Part shown: one piece after another, positions 8,830 through 18,976 of the stretch
Layout of the letters: every line of letters begins with the position of its first letter
Numbering within the stretch: position 1 is the first letter of the stretch
From: a virus
Reading direction: 5' to 3' (one strand)
Length of the DNA: 64,000 nt
Virus record (IMG/VR): IMGVR_UViG_3300023239_000322
Coordinates: 1-64,000 of that record
The notes under the pieces: generated by a model
Databases searched by the model: none
What the model saw: the letters and a program-made list of their open reading frames with translations, nothing else
What the model was told of the DNA's origin: nothing
Position numbers and translations under genes: made by a program

Positions 8830-9882
8830 TGCGACGAGTTCGCATTTGTTCGACCCACCATTGCTAGAGAGTTTTGGACATCCATATCACCCACACTTAG
8901 TACTGGTGGTCAAGCAATCATTACATCAACACCAAACAGTGACGAAGATCAGTTTGCGTTTATATGGAAACAAGCCAACAAGAGTGTAGACGAGTATGGT
9001 AACCCAACCAAAAACGGGTTAGGTATTAATGGTTTCTATGCGTACAAGTCAGACTGGTGGGAACATCCTGACAGGGATGACAAGTGGAAAGAAGAGGAAA
9101 TGGGGCGTATCGGTGAAGAACGCTTCAGACGAGAACACGGATGTGAGTTCTTAATTTACGACGAAACACTGATTAACAGCACCACACTGATTGACATGGA
9201 AGGGAAAGGTCCCATAGAGAAACAAGGACAAGTGCGTTGGTATAAAAAACCTCAAAAAGGCAAAACATACGTAATTGGGTTGGATCCAAGTCTTGGCACA
9301 GGTGGTGATCCCGCGGCTATACAAGTATTTGAATTGCCTACAATGATACAATGTGGCGAATGGCAACACAACAAAACACCAATACAAAGACAAATTGGTA
9401 TCCTAAAGGAAATTTGTGACTACATTGCGGAAATGACACAAACACCCAATAACATTTATTATAGTATAGAAAACAACACACTTGGCGAAGCAGGACTGGT
9501 AGTGATCAGTGATATGGGTGAAGAGAACATCAAAGGCACATTTTTAAGTCAGCCTGTTACCCCGGGTTCGTCTAGACTACACAGAAAAGGGTTTACTACT
9601 ACAAATAGGTCTAAGCTAACAGTGTGTGCAAAGTTTAAAAGTTTGATCGAAAGTAAGAAAATGATTATCAACAGTCAAAACTTAATTAGTGAACTTAAAA
9701 CATTTGTGGCGCACGGTGCTAGTTTTAGCGCAAAACAAGGCGAACGTGATGATTTGGTCATGGCCAGTTTATTGGCATTAAGAATGACACAGGCACTACA
9801 GAGTTTTGACAGTGAACTAGATAGTCACATGCGTGATGGTGCAGATGATTTCCAAGCGCCGATGCCCTTTATAATGATATGA
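8494..9882 (+). CDS. terL: Split intein C-half fused to terminase large subunit C-terminal fragment
   Basis: After SHQ comes CDEFAFV (Walker B), then ITSTPN (motif III) and the nuclease motifs IGLDPS, SIENN, DDLVMA. Confidence 0.92.
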   Translation: MKQTYAPNTEYQIFTPNGWEDFEGIFVNETANKDSRKITFNDESFIIATLEHRFFISNTEIKVKDIVLGDKLDSENTIKIVTALEDMVLEDTYEIFNAENHVILANKINSHQCDEFAFVRPTIAREFWTSISPTLSTGGQAIITSTPNSDEDQFAFIWKQANKSVDEYGNPTKNGLGINGFYAYKSDWWEHPDRDDKWKEEEMGRIGEERFRREHGCEFLIYDETLINSTTLIDMEGKGPIEKQGQVRWYKKPQKGKTYVIGLDPSLGTGGDPAAIQVFELPTMIQCGEWQHNKTPIQRQIGILKEICDYIAEMTQTPNNIYYSIENNTLGEAGLVVISDMGEENIKGTFLSQPVTPGSSRLHRKGFTTTNRSKLTVCAKFKSLIESKKMIINSQNLISELKTFVAHGASFSAKQGERDDLVMASLLALRMTQALQSFDSELDSHMRDGADDFQAPMPFIMI

Positions 9883-10424
9883 AAATTACTCCGGTTGACA
9901 GTCAACATAATCTATTTCTAGTAGAAGACATTTATCCGCAAGATTTGATCGACCAAATTAGTCAAGTAGACTTTATGGAATATGATTGGGAGTTGCAAGA
10001 AGGGCAATTGGATTGGCCTAGACGAAAATTATTACCACCCCAAGACAGCATATTGTTTGAATTGGATAAGCATCTCAATACCGTGCGTCTTGATATTGCA
10101 GATTCAATGAATGGACACTTTCCGGAATATGATTGCTGGAGTAGTTTTTGGCTTGATTACTCTCCATATACTTGTAAAATGCACACAGATGGTGACATAC
10201 CAACAGCAATGCAGATATATCTATTAGATAATGCAGGGTCAGAACATGGTACAGTGTTTTATAACCCAGACAAAACAATACGTTATACGTTCCATTACAA
10301 GGTTAATACAGGTTACTTCATGTTGAATGGCTCAGACCAATATCACGGAGTTCCTAACGTACTCCCTAAGGACCAATTGCGCCTAAGCAGTTACACCTAC
10401 TTCGGCTCTTTTACGCATAAATAA
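9879..10424 (+). CDS. 2OG-Fe(II) oxygenase-like protein
   Basis: HTD...YHGV...RLS facial-triad pattern. Confidence 0.7.
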   Translation: MKITPVDSQHNLFLVEDIYPQDLIDQISQVDFMEYDWELQEGQLDWPRRKLLPPQDSILFELDKHLNTVRLDIADSMNGHFPEYDCWSSFWLDYSPYTCKMHTDGDIPTAMQIYLLDNAGSEHGTVFYNPDKTIRYTFHYKVNTGYFMLNGSDQYHGVPNVLPKDQLRLSSYTYFGSFTHK

Positions 10425-10428
10425 TGTA

Positions 10429-11862
10429 ATGCGTGAATTAGACAACATATCAGCTTCTTTATTTGAAAAAATCCGTGCTCGTTTTGACAACATTAGTCTT
10501 GGGAACAACAAGGCTAACCGTACTAGCGACCCCGAACTTGCAAGATTTTTTAACTTTGACTACGTAGGAGAAGATGGAGAGAATTACGGAAATGTTACTA
10601 TTAGTATCATTGATGAACAATCACTTAAAGTTTATTATGGTATGAACATAACAGAAGAAATGTCCGATCTCGACACAAAAAAATGGTTTATGTTCTTAAA
10701 GGATTTGCGCATGTTTGCAAAAAGAAACATGTTAAACTTTGATGTCCGTGATATCAATCGTAGTAACCTTGATTTAAGAAATATAAAACAACAAAGTGTA
10801 GCAGATGGTACTTTGGACTCAGACGAGGTAGTATCAGAAGCAAAGTTGTATGGTGACAATAGAGACAAGCATACCAGTTATGCAAACTTAGGTGAGCATA
10901 AAATTATTATTAAACACGTAGAATCAATTGACCCAGACAAACATGGTGCTCGTGCCAGAAACATCAGCAAGGTTTTTATTGAAACACCAGTAGGAGAACG
11001 CTTCTTACTTGATCACAAAAACCTACATGGTGCTAGGGCATTAGCGAATCACCTAAATCGTGGTGGCGAAATTAACGATAGCGGTAGCGAAGTTATCGCT
11101 GAGATGGTTAAAGAGATGAGTGCTATGCGACACTTTGCTCGTAACATGAACAACAGAACATTTGAAGACACAGAAACAACACGCATGGTCGAAGCGGCAC
11201 TTGCTCGCTATCAAGAAGTTAAAAAGAATTTGGAAAGTTTCAAAGGATCCAAAGGACACGGGATATTGTTATCCATGGCAGAAAACTATGCCAAACCAGA
11301 AGACGACGTCGATATAGATGATTTGCGTGAGCGTTTTGTTAAGAAAATATACGACGATAGATTCAATGACGCACTACCGTATGTACAACGTGCGTACACA
11401 AGTCAATTTGAAGACTGGGCAACAGACGTAACAGAAGAAACATTTGGTCCAGCCGCAACCGATAAACTTTTAGAACTGTTTGACGATCCAATCACAACTG
11501 GTGTAGACGGACAAGACGCCATGGCCGCAATACAAGGTATTAGTATCGTGGATAACGATGATGTATCAGCTCAGTTACAAGAATTAAGCAAGCAAGGACC
11601 AGATGTAGATGCAAGACCAATGATTTCTGCCTGGCTAGCCCAAAACGGTGAATCAGACCTAGCAGAAGAACTTGAAGCAATACTGCAATCACAAGCAATA
11701 AACACAACCGCTCCTGCACCACGCCCACAAGAACCAGACAATGACACATATGCGGCATCAACAATGCCAGCTGGTAATGGCGATCCAGTAATACCTAATG
11801 CCATGAACGAAGATGAAGATTTAGACATGATTCGTTGGTTAAGTGGTTTGGATAAAAAATAA
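10429..11862 (+). CDS. Hypothetical phage protein (late, probably structural)
   Basis: 477 aa ORF with TAAATA 5 nt upstream. Confidence 0.6.
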   Translation: MRELDNISASLFEKIRARFDNISLGNNKANRTSDPELARFFNFDYVGEDGENYGNVTISIIDEQSLKVYYGMNITEEMSDLDTKKWFMFLKDLRMFAKRNMLNFDVRDINRSNLDLRNIKQQSVADGTLDSDEVVSEAKLYGDNRDKHTSYANLGEHKIIIKHVESIDPDKHGARARNISKVFIETPVGERFLLDHKNLHGARALANHLNRGGEINDSGSEVIAEMVKEMSAMRHFARNMNNRTFEDTETTRMVEAALARYQEVKKNLESFKGSKGHGILLSMAENYAKPEDDVDIDDLRERFVKKIYDDRFNDALPYVQRAYTSQFEDWATDVTEETFGPAATDKLLELFDDPITTGVDGQDAMAAIQGISIVDNDDVSAQLQELSKQGPDVDARPMISAWLAQNGESDLAEELEAILQSQAINTTAPAPRPQEPDNDTYAASTMPAGNGDPVIPNAMNEDEDLDMIRWLSGLDKK

Positions 11863-11873
11863 TAAATTTCTCT

Positions 11874-11901
11874 TTGACAAGATAAATAAAACTGTTATAA
11901 T
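11874..11901 (+). promoter_or_regulatory. Sigma70-like promoter with an embedded TAAATA
   Basis: TTGACA-16nt-TATAAT upstream of the SSB gene. Confidence 0.65.
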
Positions 11902-11966
11902 ATTGCACAGTGCAGTGTTATATCTAGGCACATTTATTAAGGCATTTTATTAAGGAGAAATACATT

Positions 11967-12968
11967 ATGGCAACATCATTGGCTGAAATCAGAGCAAAAC
12001 TACAAGCGCAAGACACACGCAGTGCAGGCGGAGGAAGATCACCGGGCGACAACGCCATTTATCCGCATTGGAACATATCAGAAGGTTCCAGCACTAGAAT
12101 TAGATTCCTACCAGACGGCAACTCAAACAACGACTTCTTTTGGGCAGAACGCCTAATGATTAGACTTCCATTTGCAGGAGTTAAAGGGCAAGCAGACAGC
12201 AGGCCTGTTATTGTACAAGTACCTTGTGTAGAAATGTACAAAGAAGCATGCCCCATTCTAGCAGAAGTACGTGGATGGTTTAAAGACGCAAGTTTGGAAG
12301 ACATGGGTCGTAAGTACTGGAAGAAGAAAAGTTACTTGTTCCAAGGCTTTGTGCGAGAAAATGCTCTTGCTGATGACAAGGCTCCAGATAATCCTATTCG
12401 TAGGCTTGTGATTAGTCCGCAGATCTTTAACTTGATCAAATCGGCACTAATGGATCCAGAACTAGAAAATCTTCCAACTGATATTACAGCAGGATTAGAT
12501 TTTACAGTTACAAAAACCAGCAAAGGCGGCTATGCAGACTATAGCACCAGCAAGTGGAGTAGACGTGAGTCAGCATTAACAGCAGACGAACAAGCGGCTA
12601 TTGACACACACGGTTTGTTTAATCTTAGTGACTTCTTACCAAAACAACCTGGCGAAGTTGAACTTAAAGTAATTAAAGAAATGTTTGAAGCCAGCGTTGA
12701 CGGACAAGCATATGACGCAGAACGCTGGGGGCAGTATTATAGACCACCAGGCATGATGGTAACAAATGCGGCACCAGCAACCAAGAGCGAAGAATCATCA
12801 CCTTCTGTAGCACAACCTACGCCTAGTGCGGAGCCTGCTACACCCGCTCCTGTTGTTGAAGCCGCACCCGCTCCTGTTGCTGAAACTGTAACAGCAGAAG
12901 CACCAGCAAACGATTCGAGCAAACGTGCCGAAGACATATTGGCAATGATTCGAAATCGTAGTAAGTAA
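11967..12968 (+). CDS. Single-stranded DNA-binding protein (T4 gp32-like)
   Basis: IRFLPD, CPI..E, YWKKKSY, KTSKGGYADYSTSKW; Ala/Pro linker; AAGGAG RBS. Confidence 0.85.
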   Translation: MATSLAEIRAKLQAQDTRSAGGGRSPGDNAIYPHWNISEGSSTRIRFLPDGNSNNDFFWAERLMIRLPFAGVKGQADSRPVIVQVPCVEMYKEACPILAEVRGWFKDASLEDMGRKYWKKKSYLFQGFVRENALADDKAPDNPIRRLVISPQIFNLIKSALMDPELENLPTDITAGLDFTVTKTSKGGYADYSTSKWSRRESALTADEQAAIDTHGLFNLSDFLPKQPGEVELKVIKEMFEASVDGQAYDAERWGQYYRPPGMMVTNAAPATKSEESSPSVAQPTPSAEPATPAPVVEAAPAPVAETVTAEAPANDSSKRAEDILAMIRNRSK

Positions 12969-12997
12969 TACTATTAATTATAATAGTACTTGTGTTA

Positions 12998-13037
12998 AAT
13001 ATGTTGGGGTGTTCTTTGCCCCAACATATTACTTTTT
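12998..13037 (+). terminator. Rho-independent terminator
   Basis: 12-bp stem AATATGTTGGGG/CCCCAACATATT followed by a T-run. Confidence 0.75.
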
Positions 13038-13044
13038 GTAAAAA

Positions 13045-14181
13045 ATGAATCCAGTTAAATCTATTACATTTGGTCTTGATCCTTCAGCACCACCTGCTTT
13101 CTTGTTGGATTGGGAACTAACTAAAAAATGCAATTTAGATTGTTCTTATTGCGGCATCGGCGAGTTTGGCGGACACGACAATAGCACACAGCACCCACCA
13201 CTGGAAGAGTGCGTAAAGTCAATTGACTTTATGTATGCGTATGTGGACCTGTACATGCAGTACAGAAAAGAAAGTAATAGAAAAGTTGTATTAAATGTTT
13301 ACGGTGGCGAAAGTTTAGTACATCCACAAATTCTAAGAATCTTAGAACTTGTCAGAGAAAAATATCAACAGTATAAAGATCGATGGGAACTAACTGTTAC
13401 CTGTACAACAAATGGTATTGTAGGTACACGGATGTGGAGTAAGATTATTCCACATATAGATGAGTTTATTGTAAGTTATCATCCAGAGAACATACCCAAG
13501 CAAAAAGAGCAGTATAAGAAAAACATCCTGCAACTGAAAAAGATAAACAAACGTTTCAAGTGTGTGATGCTAATGCACAACGATAAAGAAATGTTTGATG
13601 ACGTAGAACGTATGGTACAGTATTGCAAGGACAATAACCTACCATTCTTTCTTAAACGGCTAGACAACACAGAAGAACAATGGGCCTATACCGGCAAGCA
13701 GTTTCAAAAAATACAAGCAAACTTCACAAGTAACGAAGTTGAAGGATCCGACGAAAAAGTATTAAGCATAGCAAAAGGTAGAGCTTGCTGTGGCGGACGT
13801 AAGATGTGTGTAAATGGCAACTATAAAGAAAACTTGCTGTATATTAACAAGCAAGGATTCAAAGACTGGAACTGTAGTGTTAATTGGTACTTTTTGTTTC
13901 TAAGACAGTATAACGGTAAAGTTTATTCTAGCACAAAAGATTGTTTAACGAATGTAACTACTAACCGTGTTGAGCCGTTGGGTAATATTGATAATTACCA
14001 GGTAATGTTAGACACACTTAGAAAACAACTAGAAACTAAAAGCATGCCAGTAATCAAATGCGTAAAAAGCATTTGTGTTTGTGGATATTGTGCGCCAAAA
14101 GCTACTACAGAGTCTGAACTAAACGAACTTTTGAAATATAGAATAGACATTAATGTGTTAAAGTATGCTAAGTCAGATTGA
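13045..14181 (+). CDS. Radical SAM enzyme with Cys-rich C-terminus
   Basis: CNLDCSYC, YGGES, TTNG; C-terminal CxxxxCxCxxC. Confidence 0.85.
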   Translation: MNPVKSITFGLDPSAPPAFLLDWELTKKCNLDCSYCGIGEFGGHDNSTQHPPLEECVKSIDFMYAYVDLYMQYRKESNRKVVLNVYGGESLVHPQILRILELVREKYQQYKDRWELTVTCTTNGIVGTRMWSKIIPHIDEFIVSYHPENIPKQKEQYKKNILQLKKINKRFKCVMLMHNDKEMFDDVERMVQYCKDNNLPFFLKRLDNTEEQWAYTGKQFQKIQANFTSNEVEGSDEKVLSIAKGRACCGGRKMCVNGNYKENLLYINKQGFKDWNCSVNWYFLFLRQYNGKVYSSTKDCLTNVTTNRVEPLGNIDNYQVMLDTLRKQLETKSMPVIKCVKSICVCGYCAPKATTESELNELLKYRIDINVLKYAKSD

Positions 14182-14761
14182 TACAATATTGTTTCCAGAC
14201 TCATGCGAAGTATTGGAAGTTGCTCCAAGAAGATTTGTGTATCCTATACACAAAAACGGATCAACTAGTCTACACAACTCCGGGTTTAGGAAACTAGAAC
14301 TAGAAGAAATAAAACAACTGGACATGATTGAAGTATTTGTTCGTGATCCTGTTGACCGTTATGTAAGTGGTGTAACCAAGTTTGTCGAAGACACTGAATT
14401 AGATGACTATACAGTTTTGCATTTTGTTGATAACTATCTGTTCCTCAATAATCACTATGCTCCACAATTTTATTGGCTACTTAATTTACAGCGTTTCACT
14501 GATGCTAAACTTATATTGCGTCCGCTGGATCAACTAAACACCATTACCAAATTACACCACAATATAAGTGATAAGAATAAATTAGTAAGGGTAAGCAATA
14601 AAGTACAATTTTACCTAAAACTTGATCAAGTATTAGTTGGTGAACTGTTAGGTAAAACTGTTACATTTAAACAGATAGTACAAACAATCAAACACCGTTA
14701 TCCGGAAGTATACAAAGAAGTTATACAGAGATCAATAGACTTATGCAATGTCCTCGTTTAG
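14165..14761 (+). CDS. Sulfotransferase family (Sulfotransfer_2-like) protein
   Basis: PIHKNGSTSL (5'-PSB), VRDPVDRYVSG (3'-PB), HYAPQ. Confidence 0.65.
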   Translation: MLSQIDTILFPDSCEVLEVAPRRFVYPIHKNGSTSLHNSGFRKLELEEIKQLDMIEVFVRDPVDRYVSGVTKFVEDTELDDYTVLHFVDNYLFLNNHYAPQFYWLLNLQRFTDAKLILRPLDQLNTITKLHHNISDKNKLVRVSNKVQFYLKLDQVLVGELLGKTVTFKQIVQTIKHRYPEVYKEVIQRSIDLCNVLV

Positions 14762-15684
14762 ACCATTTTGTAAGATTTAATCCAGGCGGGACCGTAAGCC
14801 GTTGTGGTCACATGGTTGATCCACCTAAGTTTGCTGGTCTTGACGCAATGGAGCAGAGTGATTGGTTGTATAACTTACGAAACCAAGAATGGCCTGCGGA
14901 GTGTGTGCGGTGCTATGACACTGAGAGCGTTAACGGTAAAAGCATTAGACAAAATGCTATAGAATTTGATCAACAGCAAGATAAACACAACTATCTCACA
15001 GTAGGTGGCATACTGGATAATGTGTGTAACAGTGCCTGTTTTACGTGTGATGCATCCTACAGCACAAAGATTGGTAGTTTAACCAACAAGATATATCCTG
15101 TAGTAGACAACAGCAACGCATACTGGAACTTACCACTTGATCGTGTGGTACACTTGGATATAAACGGTGGTGAACCAAGTGCAAGTAAAAATTACAAACG
15201 GATACTGCAAAACTTACCGCCTAACTTAAAATCATTACGATTAAACACAAATTGTAGTTTGGTCATAGAAGAACTTGAAGACATTGTAGCAAAGGGTATT
15301 GATGTAACTGTTACAGTGAGTTTGGATGGTATAGGAGATGTGCATGATTATGTACGCTGGCCTATCAAATGGGATAAGTTTTATAGTAACCTAATGATAT
15401 ACAAAAGCATGAATGTTAAACTCAACACCTGGACAACAGTTAGCGCACTAAACATACGGGACTTTAAGAACATAATTAAGTTTGTTAAACAAAACAAGTT
15501 AGAACACAGTTATGCATTTTTAGAAAAGCCAGATGTACTGAGTGTTAAGTACAGAAACAAGTTTACCAGTGCATGTGCTGGACAGTTTGATTTAGTAGCA
15601 ACCCAAAGAAACAATAACTTTGAATTAGAAGCATTTTTAGAAGAACAAGATAAAGTTAGAGGGATTGATGAAGCCTTACGCTGA
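14743..15684 (+). CDS. Radical SAM enzyme with N-terminal SPASM/twitch-like domain
   Basis: N-terminal C..RC..CVRC; CNSACFTC; NGGEP; SLDG..DYVRWP. Confidence 0.85.
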   Translation: MQCPRLDHFVRFNPGGTVSRCGHMVDPPKFAGLDAMEQSDWLYNLRNQEWPAECVRCYDTESVNGKSIRQNAIEFDQQQDKHNYLTVGGILDNVCNSACFTCDASYSTKIGSLTNKIYPVVDNSNAYWNLPLDRVVHLDINGGEPSASKNYKRILQNLPPNLKSLRLNTNCSLVIEELEDIVAKGIDVTVTVSLDGIGDVHDYVRWPIKWDKFYSNLMIYKSMNVKLNTWTTVSALNIRDFKNIIKFVKQNKLEHSYAFLEKPDVLSVKYRNKFTSACAGQFDLVATQRNNNFELEAFLEEQDKVRGIDEALR

Positions 15685-16213
15685 AATACCAGTAGACGTA
15701 ACAGACATTGCCAATCAAATAGTTGATTATATATCAACCAACGACAGTATAAGTTTATACGAAGGTAGTCCGTGGAAGTTTTTAGACACACGTGACCTGT
15801 TAGTCAGTTGCCCTGCACTACTCTATTTCTTTAAACAGCATAAATTAGTAGTCAAGGATAGTGCAATAACATACATAACAGATAGCAATGATTTACCTAT
15901 GCATGTAGATGAAAAGCCTGTTGTAGCAAAAATGAACTTTCCTGTGCTTAATGCCAAGGGCTGGACAAACAAATGGTTTACGGTAGACAATCTAGAAAAC
16001 TATCCAAAGATTAAAAACCAATTTGGCAGTGAAGTATATGATTTATCCACAGCGGCAGGAGTGTTGTTAGCAGAATATCGTGACATGCCCTATCCTATAG
16101 TGTTCAACAGCAGTATTGCCCACAGTGTCGAACAATACTCAGACAATGCAAGGATACCAAGGATTGTAGCAAGTTTCACATTTCACAAGGAACCAATTGA
16201 ATGGCTAGAATAG
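15668..16213 (+). CDS. 2OG-Fe(II) oxygenase-like protein
   Basis: MHVD...AHSV...RIVAS. Confidence 0.55.
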   Translation: MKPYAEIPVDVTDIANQIVDYISTNDSISLYEGSPWKFLDTRDLLVSCPALLYFFKQHKLVVKDSAITYITDSNDLPMHVDEKPVVAKMNFPVLNAKGWTNKWFTVDNLENYPKIKNQFGSEVYDLSTAAGVLLAEYRDMPYPIVFNSSIAHSVEQYSDNARIPRIVASFTFHKEPIEWLE

Positions 16214-16752
16214 CAATAACAGGACACAGTGCTGGCATTGGCCGAGCATTTGCAAAAATTTACAAAGAACAAGGACATGAAGTTGTTGGACTTAGTCGTC
16301 GTGATGGTAATAACATTAGAAACACAATGAAAATGTTAAAATATATAGAGCCTTGCGACTTGTTTATTAATAATGCACAAGCTGGGTTTGCACAAACAGA
16401 ACTATTGTTTGCTGTGTTTGGAGCATGGCAAGGAAAACTACACAAGAAGATCGTTAATATTAGTACACTTATGACAAGTGAACCAGTCAGTTGTTTGCCT
16501 GGGTTTGATATGTTAAAGTATCACGTGGAAAAAACAACACTAGAAGAAGCCATCCGCCAACTACGTGGACTGCATACTCTGCCTAAACTTTGCTTAGTCA
16601 AACCAGGAAAGGTAAACACACAAGGAGACAGTGGTGTAAACCCCGATGCATGGGCTAAACGTATTGTTGACATATTAGATTCAGGTAATGATATGCAAGT
16701 AGAAGAAATTGCCATTGGAGAATATTGGGAATGGAACCCAAAGATTACTTAA
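16201..16752 (+). CDS. Short-chain dehydrogenase/reductase
   Basis: ITGHSAGIG, INNA, NIST, YxxxK. Confidence 0.85.
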   Translation: MARIAITGHSAGIGRAFAKIYKEQGHEVVGLSRRDGNNIRNTMKMLKYIEPCDLFINNAQAGFAQTELLFAVFGAWQGKLHKKIVNISTLMTSEPVSCLPGFDMLKYHVEKTTLEEAIRQLRGLHTLPKLCLVKPGKVNTQGDSGVNPDAWAKRIVDILDSGNDMQVEEIAIGEYWEWNPKIT

Positions 16753-17882
16753 CTAATCGTAACTTTTGTCCTATCCCGTGGACTGGGTTAATGTATAACT
16801 TTGACGGTAATGTTAAAACCTGTATCAGATCCAGTGCGCCCATTGGCAATATACGTGAACAAGGTATAGAACAGATATTAAACGGCGAAAACAATCAAGC
16901 AACACGGGTCAACATGTTAAACAATAAGCCAGGTGAACGCTGTGATCCTTGTTATGAACTAGAGCAAGGGGGAAATAAGTTTGATATTATTAGTGATAGA
17001 GTTTTTTACCTGCGCGAACTCAAGCAGGTGCCACTAGACACGTACGATAAGGTAGATGCGCATAGATTAGAAAAAATAGATGTGCGTTGGACCAATCTCT
17101 GCAACTTTAGTTGTGTGTATTGTAACGCAGACTTTAGCAGTCAATGGGCAAACGAGTTGGGTGTAAAAATAGACACACCCAACAAACAACAGCGAGACGA
17201 CTTCAAAGCATATATCTTCAAACATGTGGATACACTAAAACATGTTTACATGGCTGGCGGCGAGCCCTTGTTAATGAAGGAAAATGAAGAACTACTAGAA
17301 AAACTATTATTAGTCAATCCAGATGTTAATTTGCGCATCAACACCAATTTAAGTCATACAAATACTCGTGTGTTTGATTTAGCGTGTAAGTTTAAGAACG
17401 TACACTGGACAGTTAGCGCAGAAACAATGGGCGACGAGTACGACTATATACGACACGGGGGACAGTGGGCAACATTTTGTCGCAATCTAAGAAAAATAAA
17501 AGATTCGGATCATAAAATTACATTCAACATGTTGTATTTTGTACTTAATCCCTTCAGTGTATTTAAATTTGTGGACAAGTTTATGAACGATTGGAACTTC
17601 CACCCAAACGCTTTTGTAATTGGCCCATTATTGTTTCCTGACTACCTAAATATTAGACATTTACCAGATAAGATGTTACAATTAGTCAAGCAAGAGTTAG
17701 AACAACGCATTGCAGAACATCCAGGATTTTTATTGGAAAATAGTTATCAAAATTTGTTGCGTTATATCGAGCAACCAATTGAAAAGAATTTAGCAGGAAC
17801 ATTTGAACAGTTAGCAGTAATGGACGCCAGACGTGGTGTTGATAGTAGTAAAATATTCATAGATCTATATAAGGAAAAATAA
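16731..17882 (+). CDS. Radical SAM enzyme with N-terminal twitch/SPASM domain
   Basis: FCPIPW..KTC..CDPC; CNFSCVYC; AGGEP; INTN. Confidence 0.88.
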   Translation: MEPKDYLTNRNFCPIPWTGLMYNFDGNVKTCIRSSAPIGNIREQGIEQILNGENNQATRVNMLNNKPGERCDPCYELEQGGNKFDIISDRVFYLRELKQVPLDTYDKVDAHRLEKIDVRWTNLCNFSCVYCNADFSSQWANELGVKIDTPNKQQRDDFKAYIFKHVDTLKHVYMAGGEPLLMKENEELLEKLLLVNPDVNLRINTNLSHTNTRVFDLACKFKNVHWTVSAETMGDEYDYIRHGGQWATFCRNLRKIKDSDHKITFNMLYFVLNPFSVFKFVDKFMNDWNFHPNAFVIGPLLFPDYLNIRHLPDKMLQLVKQELEQRIAEHPGFLLENSYQNLLRYIEQPIEKNLAGTFEQLAVMDARRGVDSSKIFIDLYKEK

Positions 17883-17884
17883 AC

Positions 17885-18976
17885 ATGGCAAAACCGTTTG
17901 ATATAAGTAAATTTCGCAAGGGACTGACCAAGAGTATTGAAGGAATCAGTTTTGGGTTCAATGATCCAACAGACTGGGTAAGCACAGGAAACTATGCATT
18001 AAACTATCTTATCTCAGGAGACTTTTACAAAGGTGTTCCACTAGGTAAAGTTACAGTGTTTGCCGGAGAGTCAGGCGCAGGTAAAAGTTATATCTGTTCA
18101 GGTAATATCATAAAGTCAGCACAAGAGCAGGGTATTTTTGTAGTGCTGATTGACTCAGAAAATGCACTAGACGAAGCATGGCTAAAAGCACTTAATGTAG
18201 ACACATCAGAAGACAAACTGTTAAAACTTAACATGGCTATGATTGATGATGTTGCTAAAACTGTTAGTGACTTTATGATAGAGTACAAAACACTAGCAGA
18301 GGAAGACAGACCCAAGGTGCTGTTTGTAATTGATAGTTTGGGTATGTTGCTAACACCCACTGACGTAGCACAGTTTGAAAAAGGTGATATGAAAGGTGAT
18401 ATGGGTCGTAAGCCCAAGGCACTAACATCACTTGTACGTAACACAGTTAACATGATTGGTTCGCTCAATGTGGGACTTGTGGCAACTAACCACACATACG
18501 CAAGTCAGGACATGTTTGATCCAGATGATAAGATCAGCGGTGGACAAGGCTTTATCTATGCAAGCAGTATTGTTGTTGCAATGAAGAAGATGAAACTTAA
18601 AGAAGATGAAGACGGTAACAAGATATCAGAAGTAAAAGGTATCAGAGCAGGCTGTAAGATAATGAAGACTCGTTACGCAAAACCATTTGAAGGCATACAA
18701 GTTAAAATACCGTATGAAACCGGTATGAACCCTTACAGCGGACTTGTGGATCTGTGTGAGAAAAAGAGTTTATTGGTGAGAGAAGGCAACAGCCTTAAAT
18801 ACACAACTTCATCAGGTGATGAAATCAAACAGTTCCGCAAGGCTTGGGAACGTAACGAAGGCGGGTCTTTAGACATCATTATGAATGACTGGGAAAATAA
18901 AGCCGCAGGCAAGGAAGTCGAAATTGTAGTAGAATCGGATGTTGATAACTTAGGAGAAGAGAACTATGTCGATTGA
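17885..18976 (+). CDS. uvsX: RecA/UvsX-like recombinase
   Basis: GESGAGKS Walker A, IDSE, VIDSLG, TNHTY, SGG. Confidence 0.92.
   Translation: MAKPFDISKFRKGLTKSIEGISFGFNDPTDWVSTGNYALNYLISGDFYKGVPLGKVTVFAGESGAGKSYICSGNIIKSAQEQGIFVVLIDSENALDEAWLKALNVDTSEDKLLKLNMAMIDDVAKTVSDFMIEYKTLAEEDRPKVLFVIDSLGMLLTPTDVAQFEKGDMKGDMGRKPKALTSLVRNTVNMIGSLNVGLVATNHTYASQDMFDPDDKISGGQGFIYASSIVVAMKKMKLKEDEDGNKISEVKGIRAGCKIMKTRYAKPFEGIQVKIPYETGMNPYSGLVDLCEKKSLLVREGNSLKYTTSSGDEIKQFRKAWERNEGGSLDIIMNDWENKAAGKEVEIVVESDVDNLGEENYVD

Noticed and set aside
12841-12879. Short direct repeat CACCCGCTCCTGTTG in ssb
   Set aside because: It is simply the low-complexity Ala/Pro linker
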